Source of the DNA: Candidatus Omnitrophota bacterium
GTDB lineage: Bacteria > Omnitrophota > Gorgyraeia > Zapsychrales > JANLHA01
NCBI GenBank assembly: GCA_963662715.1
Contig: OY759724.1
Location: 2,074,662 to 2,138,661, forward strand
Direction of reading: 5' to 3'
DNA length: 64,000 bases
Shown one piece after another: positions 30,328 to 40,368 of this stretch (the stretch's first letter is position 1; the number at the start of each line of letters is the position of its first letter). Under the pieces are notes generated by a model. It was given only the letters and a program-made list of their open reading frames with translations, was not told the DNA's origin and made no database searches. Made by a program: the position numbers and the translations under genes.

Positions 30328-31263
30328 ATGTTGCTGGAGTTGCAGGGGATACAAAAATATTTCCCGGTCAAACACAGCGTTTCTTGCGGGGCAAGAGAAG
30401 ACAGCTCTCCCGGAAATCTTGGCGCTTCTGTCGAACAGGCGGTCTCCGCCCTTGCCTGGTGGCAAAAGAGTTATGTCCGGGCGGTCGATGGAGTTGATTT
30501 AAGTATTGAGCAGGGGGAAGATCTGGGCTTGGTCGGAGAATCCGGTTCCGGAAAAACAACGTTAGGACGGCTTATTGTCAGGCTGTATTCTTTAGACAAG
30601 GGACGAATCTTCCTGGAGGGGAAAGACATTTCTTCTTCCCGGTCAGCTGTCCAGTTATTAAGGAAAAAAGTCCAAATGGTCTTCCAGGACCCTTATAGCA
30701 GTTTGAATCCCCGTTTCCCGGTAAGGAAAATTTTAAAGGAAGCCTTTCATCAATTGCGCCCTTTCCCGGACAGAAATTATCAAGAGCTTAAAATGATTGA
30801 AATGATGAAAGCGGTGGGGTTGGAAGGGGAAAATCTTAACCGGTTCCCTCATGAATTTAGCGGCGGGGAGAGGCAGCGTATCGCTATTGCACGGGCGCTG
30901 CTGATGAACCCGAAGCTTCTCATTTTAGACGAAGCGGTTTCTTCTTTGGATGTGCTCGTCCAGCAGCAGATCATTTCTTTGTTGAAAGAACTGCAGAAAA
31001 AGTTTAATGTCACGTATTTTTTTATTACGCATAATCTTCGAGTGGTCAAAAAATTGTGCAGACGTATTGCCGTTATGTATAAGGGGAAAATTGTTGAGCT
31101 GGGATATGCGGAAGACATTTTTGAGAATCCGCAACATGTTTATACAAAAGAATTATTGTCCGCTGCGGTGAATTATCAGGCATCGCAAAGTGATTTGGAA
31201 ATAGAGTTTGATAAAAGTTCCCGTTTGGTTGACTTGGGGAACGGACATTTTGTAATAAAGTGA
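30328..31263 (+). CDS. ABC transporter ATP-binding protein (OppF/DppF-like)
   Basis: Walker A GESGSGKTT, signature FSGGERQR, Walker B LILDEAVSSLD. Insertion before Walker A. Confidence 0.9.
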   Translation: MLLELQGIQKYFPVKHSVSCGAREDSSPGNLGASVEQAVSALAWWQKSYVRAVDGVDLSIEQGEDLGLVGESGSGKTTLGRLIVRLYSLDKGRIFLEGKDISSSRSAVQLLRKKVQMVFQDPYSSLNPRFPVRKILKEAFHQLRPFPDRNYQELKMIEMMKAVGLEGENLNRFPHEFSGGERQRIAIARALLMNPKLLILDEAVSSLDVLVQQQIISLLKELQKKFNVTYFFITHNLRVVKKLCRRIAVMYKGKIVELGYAEDIFENPQHVYTKELLSAAVNYQASQSDLEIEFDKSSRLVDLGNGHFVIK

Positions 31264-31389
31264 CGGAAAATTTGCTATAATAAATGTTTTCAGTAAGAAT
31301 TTTAAATATCATTTATAATTTGAATATTATCTTCTAAAAAATTTGTTAAAATAGACACGACTAAGTTTCCCTAATAACGGAGAAAATCT

Positions 31390-33729
31390 ATGAGTAATGC
31401 TTTCTGGAAAAGATTGAGTCTTATTTTTGGGCTTTTAACGTTAGCCTTTATATTCGGGCTGCTTGTTTTTGTCGCTAATTTGGAAGTCAAGGATTTGGAT
31501 TTGTGGCTTCATTTAGGCATGGGCCGGCACCTGGTTGAGAACGGATTCCGTGTCCCGGCAGCGGATATTTTAACCTGCACGTTTGCGGGCATCCCCTGGG
31601 TGAATCACGAATGGCTTTTTCAGGTCATTGTATACCTTATCTACTCCCGGTGGGGTCCTGAAGCCCTTATCACCATGCAGGTGATTGTTGTGACGCTCAC
31701 GATGACGATATTGTTGCTTATGGGCTACAGCCGGAAACGCCAGCTCGGCTCTATCTTTATGTTTCTCCTGGTTTCGCTCGTTTTTCAAAACCGTTTTACG
31801 ATACGTCCGGATCTTTACAGTTTATTGTTTTTTGTCCTATATATCTTTATTTTATCTTTCCATATTGACAAGAAATGGTCTTTGTATGCTTTATTTATTG
31901 TGCAGCTTTTATGGACGAATATGCACGGTTTCTTTTTCTTCGGTCCTCTTTTTGTCCTTATCGGCTTGGTGTCCGAGTGGATGAAACGGCATGTGCCTTT
32001 GCCTTATGAATGGAATAAAATCGGCCGGTTAACAGATGATGAATACAGTCGAATGGGCTGGATTTTTGCTGTTGTTATTTTGGCCTGCCTGCTTAATCCT
32101 TTGACATTCGAAGGGGCGTGGTATCCGATCGGGGTCTTTTTTAAGATTTCCGGAGAGCACAAAATCTTTTTCGATAAAATTATCGAACTTAGGAAGCCCA
32201 TCACGAGTGACACGCTGTTTTTGCCCACAGAATACCCTTATTATAAACTGCTTATTATCTTGTCATTCGTCAGCCTCTTCTTTAACCGTTTCCGGCTGGA
32301 CATCGCCGGATTGTTTTTTTGGCTGATCTTTCTGTTCTTTTCCCTGGCCGCGGTCCGCAACCTGATTTTTTTCGGTTTCGCGGCTTATATCGTTTATATG
32401 AGTAACGCCCTTGTCTTATCCATGCGCGATATTGTGCCGATCCGGATCACGGACAGGAAGTTTTTATATTTGACAACAATTCTTGCAAAGATTTTTCTCC
32501 TGGTCTGGATCATGCAGTACTGGACCACTATTTCCACGAACGGTTATTTTGATTTTGACAAGTATGAGCGTAAAAGTGAGTTCGGGGGGGTCTCTTTGCG
32601 GTCTTATCCCAATAAAGCCGTGGATTTCCTGGTTGAAAACAAAGTGAAAGGCAATTTTTTTAATGACTTTAACACCGGCGCTTATCTTACCGGGAGATGT
32701 TTTCCTGATATAAAAACGTTCATTGACGGACGGACAGAAGTCTATGGCCCGATTTTCTTCAAGTATTATGTGTCTTTGTGGGAAAAGGACAACCCGGAAC
32801 TTTTTGCCGACGCTTTGGAGAAGTTCGGCATTACCGGGGCTCTGATGAATTCCGTTCAGCAGCCGATTCCGCCGCGGGTCCTTAATTACTTGGAAAATAA
32901 TCCGGAGTGGATTCCCGTCTATTTTGATTATGACGCGGTGATCTATCTTAAGGATGTCCCGCAAAATCGGGATATTATCGAAAAACATGCCATTGATTTT
33001 TCCAAATGGGAGGGGAAATCTCTGGATATGTACCGGCTGGGGTCCAAGAAGGTTACCCCTTATCAGAACATGAACCGGGCTTATACTTTAGAGTCCATGG
33101 GCTATGATAAAGCGGCTTTGAAAGAGATTAACTATGCTTTGGAAGTTACCCCGGTTTATAATCTGCCGTATCTGTTGTTAGGTAAAATTTATGCCAAACA
33201 TAAGAATTATCAGAAGGCGTACGAAAACTTCCGTATCGCCGTTTTATTCTCCCCCGGGAACAGGAAGGCCCGTTATAATATGGCTCTGGCTCTTTATGAC
33301 CTGGGAGAATTCAAGTATGCGGCAGATCAATACCAGCGGCTTATTGACCAGTCGCCCCGGTCGGCCAAAGCCCATTTTCTCATGGCCAGGACTCTTGTTA
33401 AGATGGAAAAATATGACAATGCCCTGGAATTTATCCAGGTCGCCCATGCCTTGAAGCCGGGGGACATTAAAGATATTCTGGATCTCGGGAAGATGCTCGA
33501 AGAAGAAGAGGCTTATGCGATAGCGGTGGACGTCTATAAGCTCGGTTTAAATACGAAAAAAAATCTTGATGAAGTCCACCGTCTTTTGGCTGGCGTCTAT
33601 GAAAAATTAGGACAGCCGGAGAAAGCGGCAGAGCATCTTCGCGCGGAGAAGCGAATTATTTCGGAAGAGAAATATCAGACTCAGTTGCCAGATGTCCTGT
33701 CGGGGCCTGAAGATGAGCCGGAAGAATAA
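31390..33729 (+). CDS. polytopic membrane protein with C-terminal TPR-repeat domain; putative GT-C-fold glycosyltransferase
   Basis: About 11 TM helices in the N-terminal 400 aa, with an acidic first-loop DLD motif. C-terminal approximately 250 aa of TPR repeats. Function inferred from architecture only. Confidence 0.55.
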   Translation: MSNAFWKRLSLIFGLLTLAFIFGLLVFVANLEVKDLDLWLHLGMGRHLVENGFRVPAADILTCTFAGIPWVNHEWLFQVIVYLIYSRWGPEALITMQVIVVTLTMTILLLMGYSRKRQLGSIFMFLLVSLVFQNRFTIRPDLYSLLFFVLYIFILSFHIDKKWSLYALFIVQLLWTNMHGFFFFGPLFVLIGLVSEWMKRHVPLPYEWNKIGRLTDDEYSRMGWIFAVVILACLLNPLTFEGAWYPIGVFFKISGEHKIFFDKIIELRKPITSDTLFLPTEYPYYKLLIILSFVSLFFNRFRLDIAGLFFWLIFLFFSLAAVRNLIFFGFAAYIVYMSNALVLSMRDIVPIRITDRKFLYLTTILAKIFLLVWIMQYWTTISTNGYFDFDKYERKSEFGGVSLRSYPNKAVDFLVENKVKGNFFNDFNTGAYLTGRCFPDIKTFIDGRTEVYGPIFFKYYVSLWEKDNPELFADALEKFGITGALMNSVQQPIPPRVLNYLENNPEWIPVYFDYDAVIYLKDVPQNRDIIEKHAIDFSKWEGKSLDMYRLGSKKVTPYQNMNRAYTLESMGYDKAALKEINYALEVTPVYNLPYLLLGKIYAKHKNYQKAYENFRIAVLFSPGNRKARYNMALALYDLGEFKYAADQYQRLIDQSPRSAKAHFLMARTLVKMEKYDNALEFIQVAHALKPGDIKDILDLGKMLEEEEAYAIAVDVYKLGLNTKKNLDEVHRLLAGVYEKLGQPEKAAEHLRAEKRIISEEKYQTQLPDVLSGPEDEPEE

Positions 33730-33792
33730 TCAGGCCGGTTTTTACGATACGACAGGGCATCCTTTTGGGAAAGGACAAGGGGACATAATTCT

Positions 33793-35019
33793 ATGAGAGA
33801 GGTTTTGACGTTTATTTTAGCCGGGGGAAAAGGAGAACGGTTGAATCCGTTGACCCGCGACCGGGCGAAGCCTGCCGTTCCTTTCGGGGGAATTTATCGC
33901 ATCATTGATTTCACATTAAGTAACTGCATCAACTCCGGATTAAGAAGAATATATATATTGATCCAATATAAATCTTTTTCCCTGCAGAAACATGTCCTGG
34001 CCGGCTGGGGCGATATCGTTTCCAGTCAGTTGGGGGAGTTTATTGATGTTATCCCCGCGCAGCAGCGGATCAGTTCGGACTGGTATCGCGGAACCGCGGA
34101 TGCCATTCATCAGAATATTTATACGATCCATGACCATGATCCAAAATTGATCCTTATCCTGGCGGGTGACCATGTTTATAAAATGAACTATGAGAAAATG
34201 ATTTCTTATCAGAAGAAAACGAATGCGGACATGGTTGTCTCCTGCATCCCCATGCCGGCGGAGACGGCTGTGAGTTTTGGGGTGATCGAAGTGGACCAGG
34301 AGAACAGGGTGTGCGGCTTTCGGGAAAAACCCAAAAAACCCAAAACGATTCCCGGGGATTCGGAGCATATTTTTGCTTCTATGGGCATTTATCTTTTCAA
34401 GAAGGATGTCTTGCTGCAAGAACTGGAAATAGATTCAAAGAGCATGACATCAGAGCATGATTTTGGAAAGAATGTCATTCCGCAAATGTTGAAGAACGGT
34501 AAAAAAATATTGGTTTATAATTTTGTGGATAAGGATAACAAGCCGTGTTACTGGCGGGATATCGGGACGCGGGATGCGTATTATCAGGCTAATATGGACC
34601 TTGTCCAAAGAGACCCGGAATTCAACTTGTATGAACGGACGTGGCCGGTCAGGACTTTGCATGAGCAATTCCCGCCCATTAAGCTGCTGCATGCCGAGGA
34701 GAACGGACAGCTTATTCACGGTGAGCTTGACGACTGCCTGATCGCGGGCGGCTGTATTATCGACGGGGCAAAGATTAAAGGATCCATCCTTTCCACGAAC
34801 GTTTGTGTCCACCCCCATGCCAGCGTCATCAATTCTGTTATTATGGAGGGGGTTTCGGTCGGTTCTCATGCGAAGATAAAGAATGCTATCGTTGATAAAG
34901 AGGTCGTCGTTCCGCCGGGGGCGCAGATAGGGTATGATCTCAGTCTCGACCGGAAAAGATTTGACGTAACAACATCAGGCATTGTTATTGTGCCCAAAAG
35001 AGTCAAGATTCAGGGATGA
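33793..35019 (+). CDS. glgC: glucose-1-phosphate adenylyltransferase
   Basis: ILAGGKGERLNPLTRDRAKPAVPFGG, IDFTLSNC, LbH C-terminal domain. Confidence 0.9.
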   Translation: MREVLTFILAGGKGERLNPLTRDRAKPAVPFGGIYRIIDFTLSNCINSGLRRIYILIQYKSFSLQKHVLAGWGDIVSSQLGEFIDVIPAQQRISSDWYRGTADAIHQNIYTIHDHDPKLILILAGDHVYKMNYEKMISYQKKTNADMVVSCIPMPAETAVSFGVIEVDQENRVCGFREKPKKPKTIPGDSEHIFASMGIYLFKKDVLLQELEIDSKSMTSEHDFGKNVIPQMLKNGKKILVYNFVDKDNKPCYWRDIGTRDAYYQANMDLVQRDPEFNLYERTWPVRTLHEQFPPIKLLHAEENGQLIHGELDDCLIAGGCIIDGAKIKGSILSTNVCVHPHASVINSVIMEGVSVGSHAKIKNAIVDKEVVVPPGAQIGYDLSLDRKRFDVTTSGIVIVPKRVKIQG

Positions 35020-35054
35020 TTATGGCGTAATAAATATAAAAAGAAAGGAACTGT

Positions 35055-36266
35055 ATGATTGTGCAGCCAAAAATAAGAGGGTTTATTTGTACGACAGCCC
35101 ATCCTGCGGGCTGTGCTAAAAATGTCCAGGACCAGATTGACTATGTGAAAGAGCAGGGGCTTATTCAAGACGGCCCCGAAAGGGTTCTTGTGGTCGGAGC
35201 TTCAACAGGCTACGGCCTGGCGAGCCGTATCACGGTCGCTTTCGGATGCCGGGCTAAGACCATGGGTGTCTTTTATGAAAAAGCAGCGGAGGGGCGGCGC
35301 ACGGCGACGGCCGGGTGGTATAACTCGATTGCTTTTGACCAGGCCGCCATAAATGAAGGGCTTTACGCGAGAAGCTTTAACGGCGATGCGTTTAGCGACG
35401 AGATGAAGGATCGGGTCGTCTCGACGATCCGGGAGGACTGGGGAGGCGTTGATTTGCTGATCTACAGCTTGGCATCTCCCAGGCGTTTGCATCCGAAAAC
35501 AGGTCAATTGTCCAAATCCTCGTTGAAGCCAAGAGGCGCTCCCTATACGAACAAATCCATAGATTTTTCCATCAACAAAATTGTGAATGTGACCCTGCCT
35601 TCAGCCACAGAAGAAGATGTGCAGCAGACGATCGATGTTATGGGCGGTGAGGACTGGGACATGTGGGTGGCCGCATTAAAGCAGGCTAATCTGCTGTCTG
35701 AAAAATTTGTCACGGCTGCTTATTCGTATGTCGGCCCGGATGTGACGATGCCGGTTTATCGCAATGGAACGATTGGGGCGGCTAAAGACCATTTGGAAGA
35801 AACAGCCCGCAAAATGGACGAATGGCTTAGACAAAAAGGCGGCCGGGCTTTCGTGTCCGTGAACAAGGCTTTGATCACTCAATCCAGTTCGGCGATCCCT
35901 TTCATCCCGCTTTATTTCATTATTTTGATGAAAGTTATGAAGCAAAAAGGCGTTCATGAGGACTGTATTCATCAGATGGTCAGACTTTTTCATGAGAGGC
36001 TTTATGCCGGGGGAGAGATCCCGGTTGATGAACTTGGCCGCGTACGAGTGGATGATTGGGAGATGCGTCCGGATATCCAGAGTGAGGTCCGAGAGTTATG
36101 GGAAAAAGTATCTAACGAGAATGTTGAGCAGTTGGCTGATGTCCGGGGATATCATGAAGATTTCCTGAAGTTGTTCGGCTTTGGGTTGTCTGGCGTAGAT
36201 TATGAAGCTGATGTCGATATCGATTTAAAGTTCCCCGATTACGATTCTGTTATTATGAAAACATGA
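35055..36266 (+). CDS. fabV: trans-2-enoyl-CoA/ACP reductase (NADH), FabV family
   Basis: MIVQPKIRGFICTTAHPAGC N-terminus, GASTGYGLASRI, SYVGPDVT. Confidence 0.9.
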   Translation: MIVQPKIRGFICTTAHPAGCAKNVQDQIDYVKEQGLIQDGPERVLVVGASTGYGLASRITVAFGCRAKTMGVFYEKAAEGRRTATAGWYNSIAFDQAAINEGLYARSFNGDAFSDEMKDRVVSTIREDWGGVDLLIYSLASPRRLHPKTGQLSKSSLKPRGAPYTNKSIDFSINKIVNVTLPSATEEDVQQTIDVMGGEDWDMWVAALKQANLLSEKFVTAAYSYVGPDVTMPVYRNGTIGAAKDHLEETARKMDEWLRQKGGRAFVSVNKALITQSSSAIPFIPLYFIILMKVMKQKGVHEDCIHQMVRLFHERLYAGGEIPVDELGRVRVDDWEMRPDIQSEVRELWEKVSNENVEQLADVRGYHEDFLKLFGFGLSGVDYEADVDIDLKFPDYDSVIMKT

Positions 36267-36419
36267 CCTTTTCTGCCTCTTTCGGCATTCTTGATCAGAG
36301 GTGTCCGTTTTTGTCCGCAGTGTTTGAGGATGATTTGCAGTTAGTGGTGATCAGATGCATTTTATGCTGTTTCCTGCCAGAGGTTGTTTGTCTTCTTATT
36401 TAAAAAGTTTAATAAAAGA

Positions 36420-36448
36420 TTGACAAGGGTCTTTTGATCTAATACATT
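36420..36448 (+). promoter_or_regulatory. candidate sigma70 promoter for the HTH-ACP(-smc) transcript
   Basis: TTGACA at 36420..36425, 17-nt spacer, TACATT at 36443..36448. Confidence 0.35.
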
Positions 36449-36475
36449 GAAAATAAATAATTAAAATTAGTACTA

Positions 36476-36730
36476 ATGGAAAAAGATATGAACCAGAATC
36501 AGTTGATGACAATTGACGAAGTTGCTCAATATCTAAGGGTAAAAAAACGAACTGTTTATGACTGGCTTAAAAAAGATAAGATCCCGGCCATCAAGACCGT
36601 TGGGCAATGGCGGTTTAAGAAAGAAACGATTGATTCATGGCTTGAGGCTCAGCAGAGATTTATCGATCAGATTCGCATGGAAAAAGAGTCAAAGGATAAG
36701 GGAGGAACAAATGATGGCAGCACGAGGTGA
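36476..36730 (+). CDS. small helix-turn-helix DNA-binding protein (excisionase/HTH_17-like)
   Basis: LMTIDEVAQYLRVKKRTVYDWLKKDKIPAIKTVGQWRFKKETIDSWL matches the excisionase-family HTH. No ribosome-binding site seen. Start ambiguous (36476, 36488 or 36506). Confidence 0.6.
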   Translation: MEKDMNQNQLMTIDEVAQYLRVKKRTVYDWLKKDKIPAIKTVGQWRFKKETIDSWLEAQQRFIDQIRMEKESKDKGGTNDGSTR

Positions 36731-36974
36731 CTCTAATATTGAGAAAGACATTCGGATGCTTGTTGCAGACATCTTGGAGACTGAACCCGAAGAGATAGAT
36801 GGTGAGGCAAAGTTTGTTCAGGATTTAGGTATGGACTCTATGATGGCTTTGGAGATTTTAGCCGGATTAGAAAAGAAGTATCGCATCGTTATCCCGGAAG
36901 AGATGCTGGCAAAATTTGTCAATCTCAACACGACTGTGAAGATTGTAGAGGATCTTTTAAGAGAAAAGTCATAG
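36711..36974 (+). CDS. acyl carrier protein-like (phosphopantetheine-binding)
   Basis: GGAGG ribosome-binding site at 36701..36705, ATG at 36711/36714. ACP core FVQDLGMDSMMALEILAGLEKKY with the DS(M) attachment serine. Overlaps the HTH gene by 20 nt. Confidence 0.75.
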   Translation: MMAARGDSNIEKDIRMLVADILETEPEEIDGEAKFVQDLGMDSMMALEILAGLEKKYRIVIPEEMLAKFVNLNTTVKIVEDLLREKS

Positions 36975-37026
36975 GACGGTCTTTCCGAGAATTCTTCAGA
37001 ATTTCCATCCCAGAGAGGAGTAAGGT

Positions 37027-40000
37027 GTGTTTTTTAAAAGATTAGAAATCTTTGGATTTAAATCTTTTGCGGATAAAACTGTGATGAATTTCGGCCCAGG
37101 CGTTACGGCGATTGTCGGGCCTAACGGTTGCGGTAAAAGCAATGTTTTTGATGCTATCCGCTGGGTGTTAGGGGAGCAGAGCGTTAAGGAACTGCGTGGC
37201 TCGGCCATGGAGGATGTCATCTTTAATGGCACGGAGAAGAAACCTTCTTTAGGTTTTGCCGAAGTGAGCCTTACTTTTTCCAATGAGTCGCGTGCTTTAC
37301 CCGTTGATTATAACGAAGTAACCGTAACGAGACGCCTGTTCCGTTCGGGGGAAAGTGAGTATCTGCTGAATAAGACGACAGTCCGGTTGAAAGATATCGC
37401 TGAGCTTTTTATGGGGACGGGTATTGGCGCAGAAGCCTATTCTCTTGTTCAGCAGGGAAAAGTTGATTTGGTCGTCAGCGCTAAACCGGAAGACCGGAGA
37501 ATTATTCTGGATGAGGCTTCGGGGATAACAAAGTACAAATCGAAGCGGAAAGAAGCTTTGAATAAACTGCGAGACACAGAGAACAACCTGCTGCGGATTA
37601 ATGATATTATCGTTGAAGTCAAAAGACAGATCGCTTCGCTGGAAAGACAGGCGAATAAAGCCCGGCGTTATAGAGAAGAATTTGAGAAGTTGAAGGACCT
37701 GGAAGTCCAATACGCGGGGATGGAACTCAATGAGTTTTCCGAGCAAAGCCAGCGTCTCCGGCAGCATATTGCGGAAATGAAAGACCGGGAGAACCAGGAA
37801 ATCGAAGCCCTGAAAGAGCTTAATGAACTTTTAGGCCATGAAACGAGTTTTATGGAGGAGCTGGACGAAAAGATCAGCGAAATGACCGGGCAGGCGATAA
37901 AAGTGGAAGGTCAGGTTGACCTCCATCAGAGGCAAATTGAATTTAACGAAGAAAGAATTGAAAATGCCTTGTCTCAACAAAAGCGAATTGCTGAACATAA
38001 GGGGCAGATCCGGGAACGGTGCCGGCTGCAGGAAGAAAAGCTGGAAGAACTCCGTGTCTCATTGTCTCAATCGGAACACGTGATTGAAGGGAAGACCGGG
38101 CAGCTTGAAGAGAAAAGGAGTTCTCTTAACACGATCGTTGAAGGAATTGCCACGGCGCGTTTGAATATCCGGGATGAGGAGGAAAAAATATTAACGATTA
38201 CCGCTAATCAGGTTCAGGTGCGCAACAGGTTGACGGAGGTCATGAAAGAGGTCCAGGGCAGTTTGGCCAGAAAGAGACGGCTGGAAATAGAGAATGTCAA
38301 AGTGGCCCAGGAAAAAGAAGTGGTCGATCATAGATATGCCGATATCTGCCAGAAAACCCAAACAGCGAAACAGACCATTCAGGATCTGCGGGGCCAGAGG
38401 GAAACCCAGGTCACTCAATTGAAGGCTCTGCAGAGAGAGATGGATGCCCTAAAACAATGCATTGACGATCTTGAAAAAAAGAAACTGTTTTTAAAGTCAC
38501 AAAAAGAATTTATTGAGAAATTGCGTGTCCAATATCAAGATATCCCCGATCCGATTGTCTCCGGCCGTTTTGTGACGACGACATCCCCTTCGCAACATCA
38601 TACCGGTATTATCGGTAAGGTCCGGGAGGTTGTTCCTCTTCAGGGGGAGCGTTTGGCCCAGATGCAGGCCTACTTGGGAGAGCAGGGGGATCAGTGTTTT
38701 GAGATCATCTGTGAAACAAAGTTTATTGAGTTAGACCCGCAACATATCTCGGTGAAGATCGATGAGTTGAGCCAGGACATTTCGGACCGTATGGTAACGA
38801 AGAGCCACTTGGAGAATGATATCAGGGGTTTGTCGGATCTGGTGGAACAACTTGAAGAAAAAATCCAGGAACAGGAGAAAGTCCTTTCCATTTTTGAGGC
38901 CCAAAAGGATGATGTGATCAAGGAAACGGACAAATTGAACGATGAATTGGATCTTGTGAAATTGGAGCTGGAAGAAGTCACGGGGATGTTGTCCTCTTTA
39001 AAGAAATCCGAGGAAGAATTAACCATTAATCTGGATTCCTTGTCTCAAGAGCTGGCTTTTTGTCAGGTCCGGATTCAGGAAGGGCAGAAACTGGTTGCTG
39101 ACAATTCCCAGCAGAGAGAAGAAACAACCATCCTGATTGCTCAGATAGAGTCGGAAATCCGTTCGGAACAGGAAAAAAGAAACAGCTATAGTGAGAATTT
39201 AAAGCTTTATCAGGAAACCTTGGAAGGCAGCATCAAGGAAATAGAACAGCTGGATCAAGAGGAGGCTGAAGAGCAGTTGAAACACCAGCAGTTCGAGCAG
39301 GAAATTGTGTCCTTGCTGGCGAAGATAGAAGATGTTAAAAAACAGAAAAGCTCTTTGCAGAACGTGTTGAGAGATTATGAGAAGCAAAAGGATGAGGTTG
39401 TCAGCCGCATCAACAGTGTGCGGGCGAACATCTCTTCCAACAACTCAGATCTGGAGGAAATCAGAAGTCTTGTCCACCAGGACCAGTTTAATGATCAGGA
39501 AATTTCGTTTCACATCAAAGAGATCAAAGACCGTCTGCAGCAGGCCTACCGGATCGATTTTGACGAGTATGTCCGTCAGAGGAACGAACAGGTCCCGGCC
39601 GGGGCCGAGGTTCCTGAGGCGTCTGCTCCGAAGGAGCTTCCCGATATTGATGAGTTGAAAGAAACGATCAACCGCCTGCGCAAGCGTTGCGATGCCTTTG
39701 GGTCCGTAAACTTAGTGGCCATTGAAGAGTTTGAGGAGCTAAAGCAGCGTTTTGAATTCCTGACCAGTCAGCAGAGCGATTTGATTTCAGCGAAACATTC
39801 CTGCAGCAAACGATCGTCAAGATTAACCGCCAAACACGGCAAATGTTTATGGATACGTTTACCAAGGTGAGTGAAGAGTTCCGTATCTATTTCAGAATGC
39901 TTTTCGGCGGAGGAGAAGCCCAGCTCGTTTTGATGGATCCCGACAATGTCCTTGAGACAGGGATTGAAATTATCGCGAGGCCTCCTGGCAAAAAACTGCA

Positions 40001-40340
40001 GAATATCAGCCTGCTTTCCGGAGGGGAAAAGACCCTGACGGCGATCGCTCTCATTTTCGGCGTTTTCAAGGTGAATCCCAGCCCGTTTTGTGTCCTCGAT
40101 GAAATTGACGCTGCCCTGGATGAATCAAACGTGGGACGGTTCAGTTATCTTCTTAAGGACTTTGCCGAAATTGCCCAGTTTATTGTTATAACTCATAACA
40201 AGAAGACCATCGCTTCTGCAAAAGTCATGTACGGGATTACGATGCAGGAGACAGGGGTCTCTAAAATCGTGTCGGTGAAGTTCGCGGAGAAAGACGAGAC
40301 AAAGACGGAGAATCTTCAGGCCGTTACCGCCAGTGTATGA
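37027..40340 (+). CDS. smc: chromosome segregation protein SMC; reading frame interrupted by an apparent 1-nt deletion at about 39801 (ORFs 37027..39870 and 39843..40340)
   Basis: N-terminal Walker [10 protein letters not shown] and coiled coils. C-terminal signature [16 protein letters not shown] and Walker [12 protein letters not shown] are in the second ORF. The junction reads ...DLISAKHS | [20 protein letters not shown]..., the conserved SMC C-terminal motif split between frames. Confidence 0.85.
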
Positions 40341-40368
40341 TTCTTACCCTCCCGGGGCACGGGGATTT

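Noticed and set aside
36558-36710. Upstream part of the 138-aa ORF 36558..36974
   Set aside because: This is an alternative-frame read-through of the HTH gene. The ACP starts at ATG 36711/36714 just after a GGAGG ribosome-binding site.
36476-36730. Excisionase-like HTH as evidence of a prophage or integrative element
   Set aside because: No integrase, recombinase, att-like repeats, tRNA target or compositional shift nearby. Flanking genes are core (fabV, smc).
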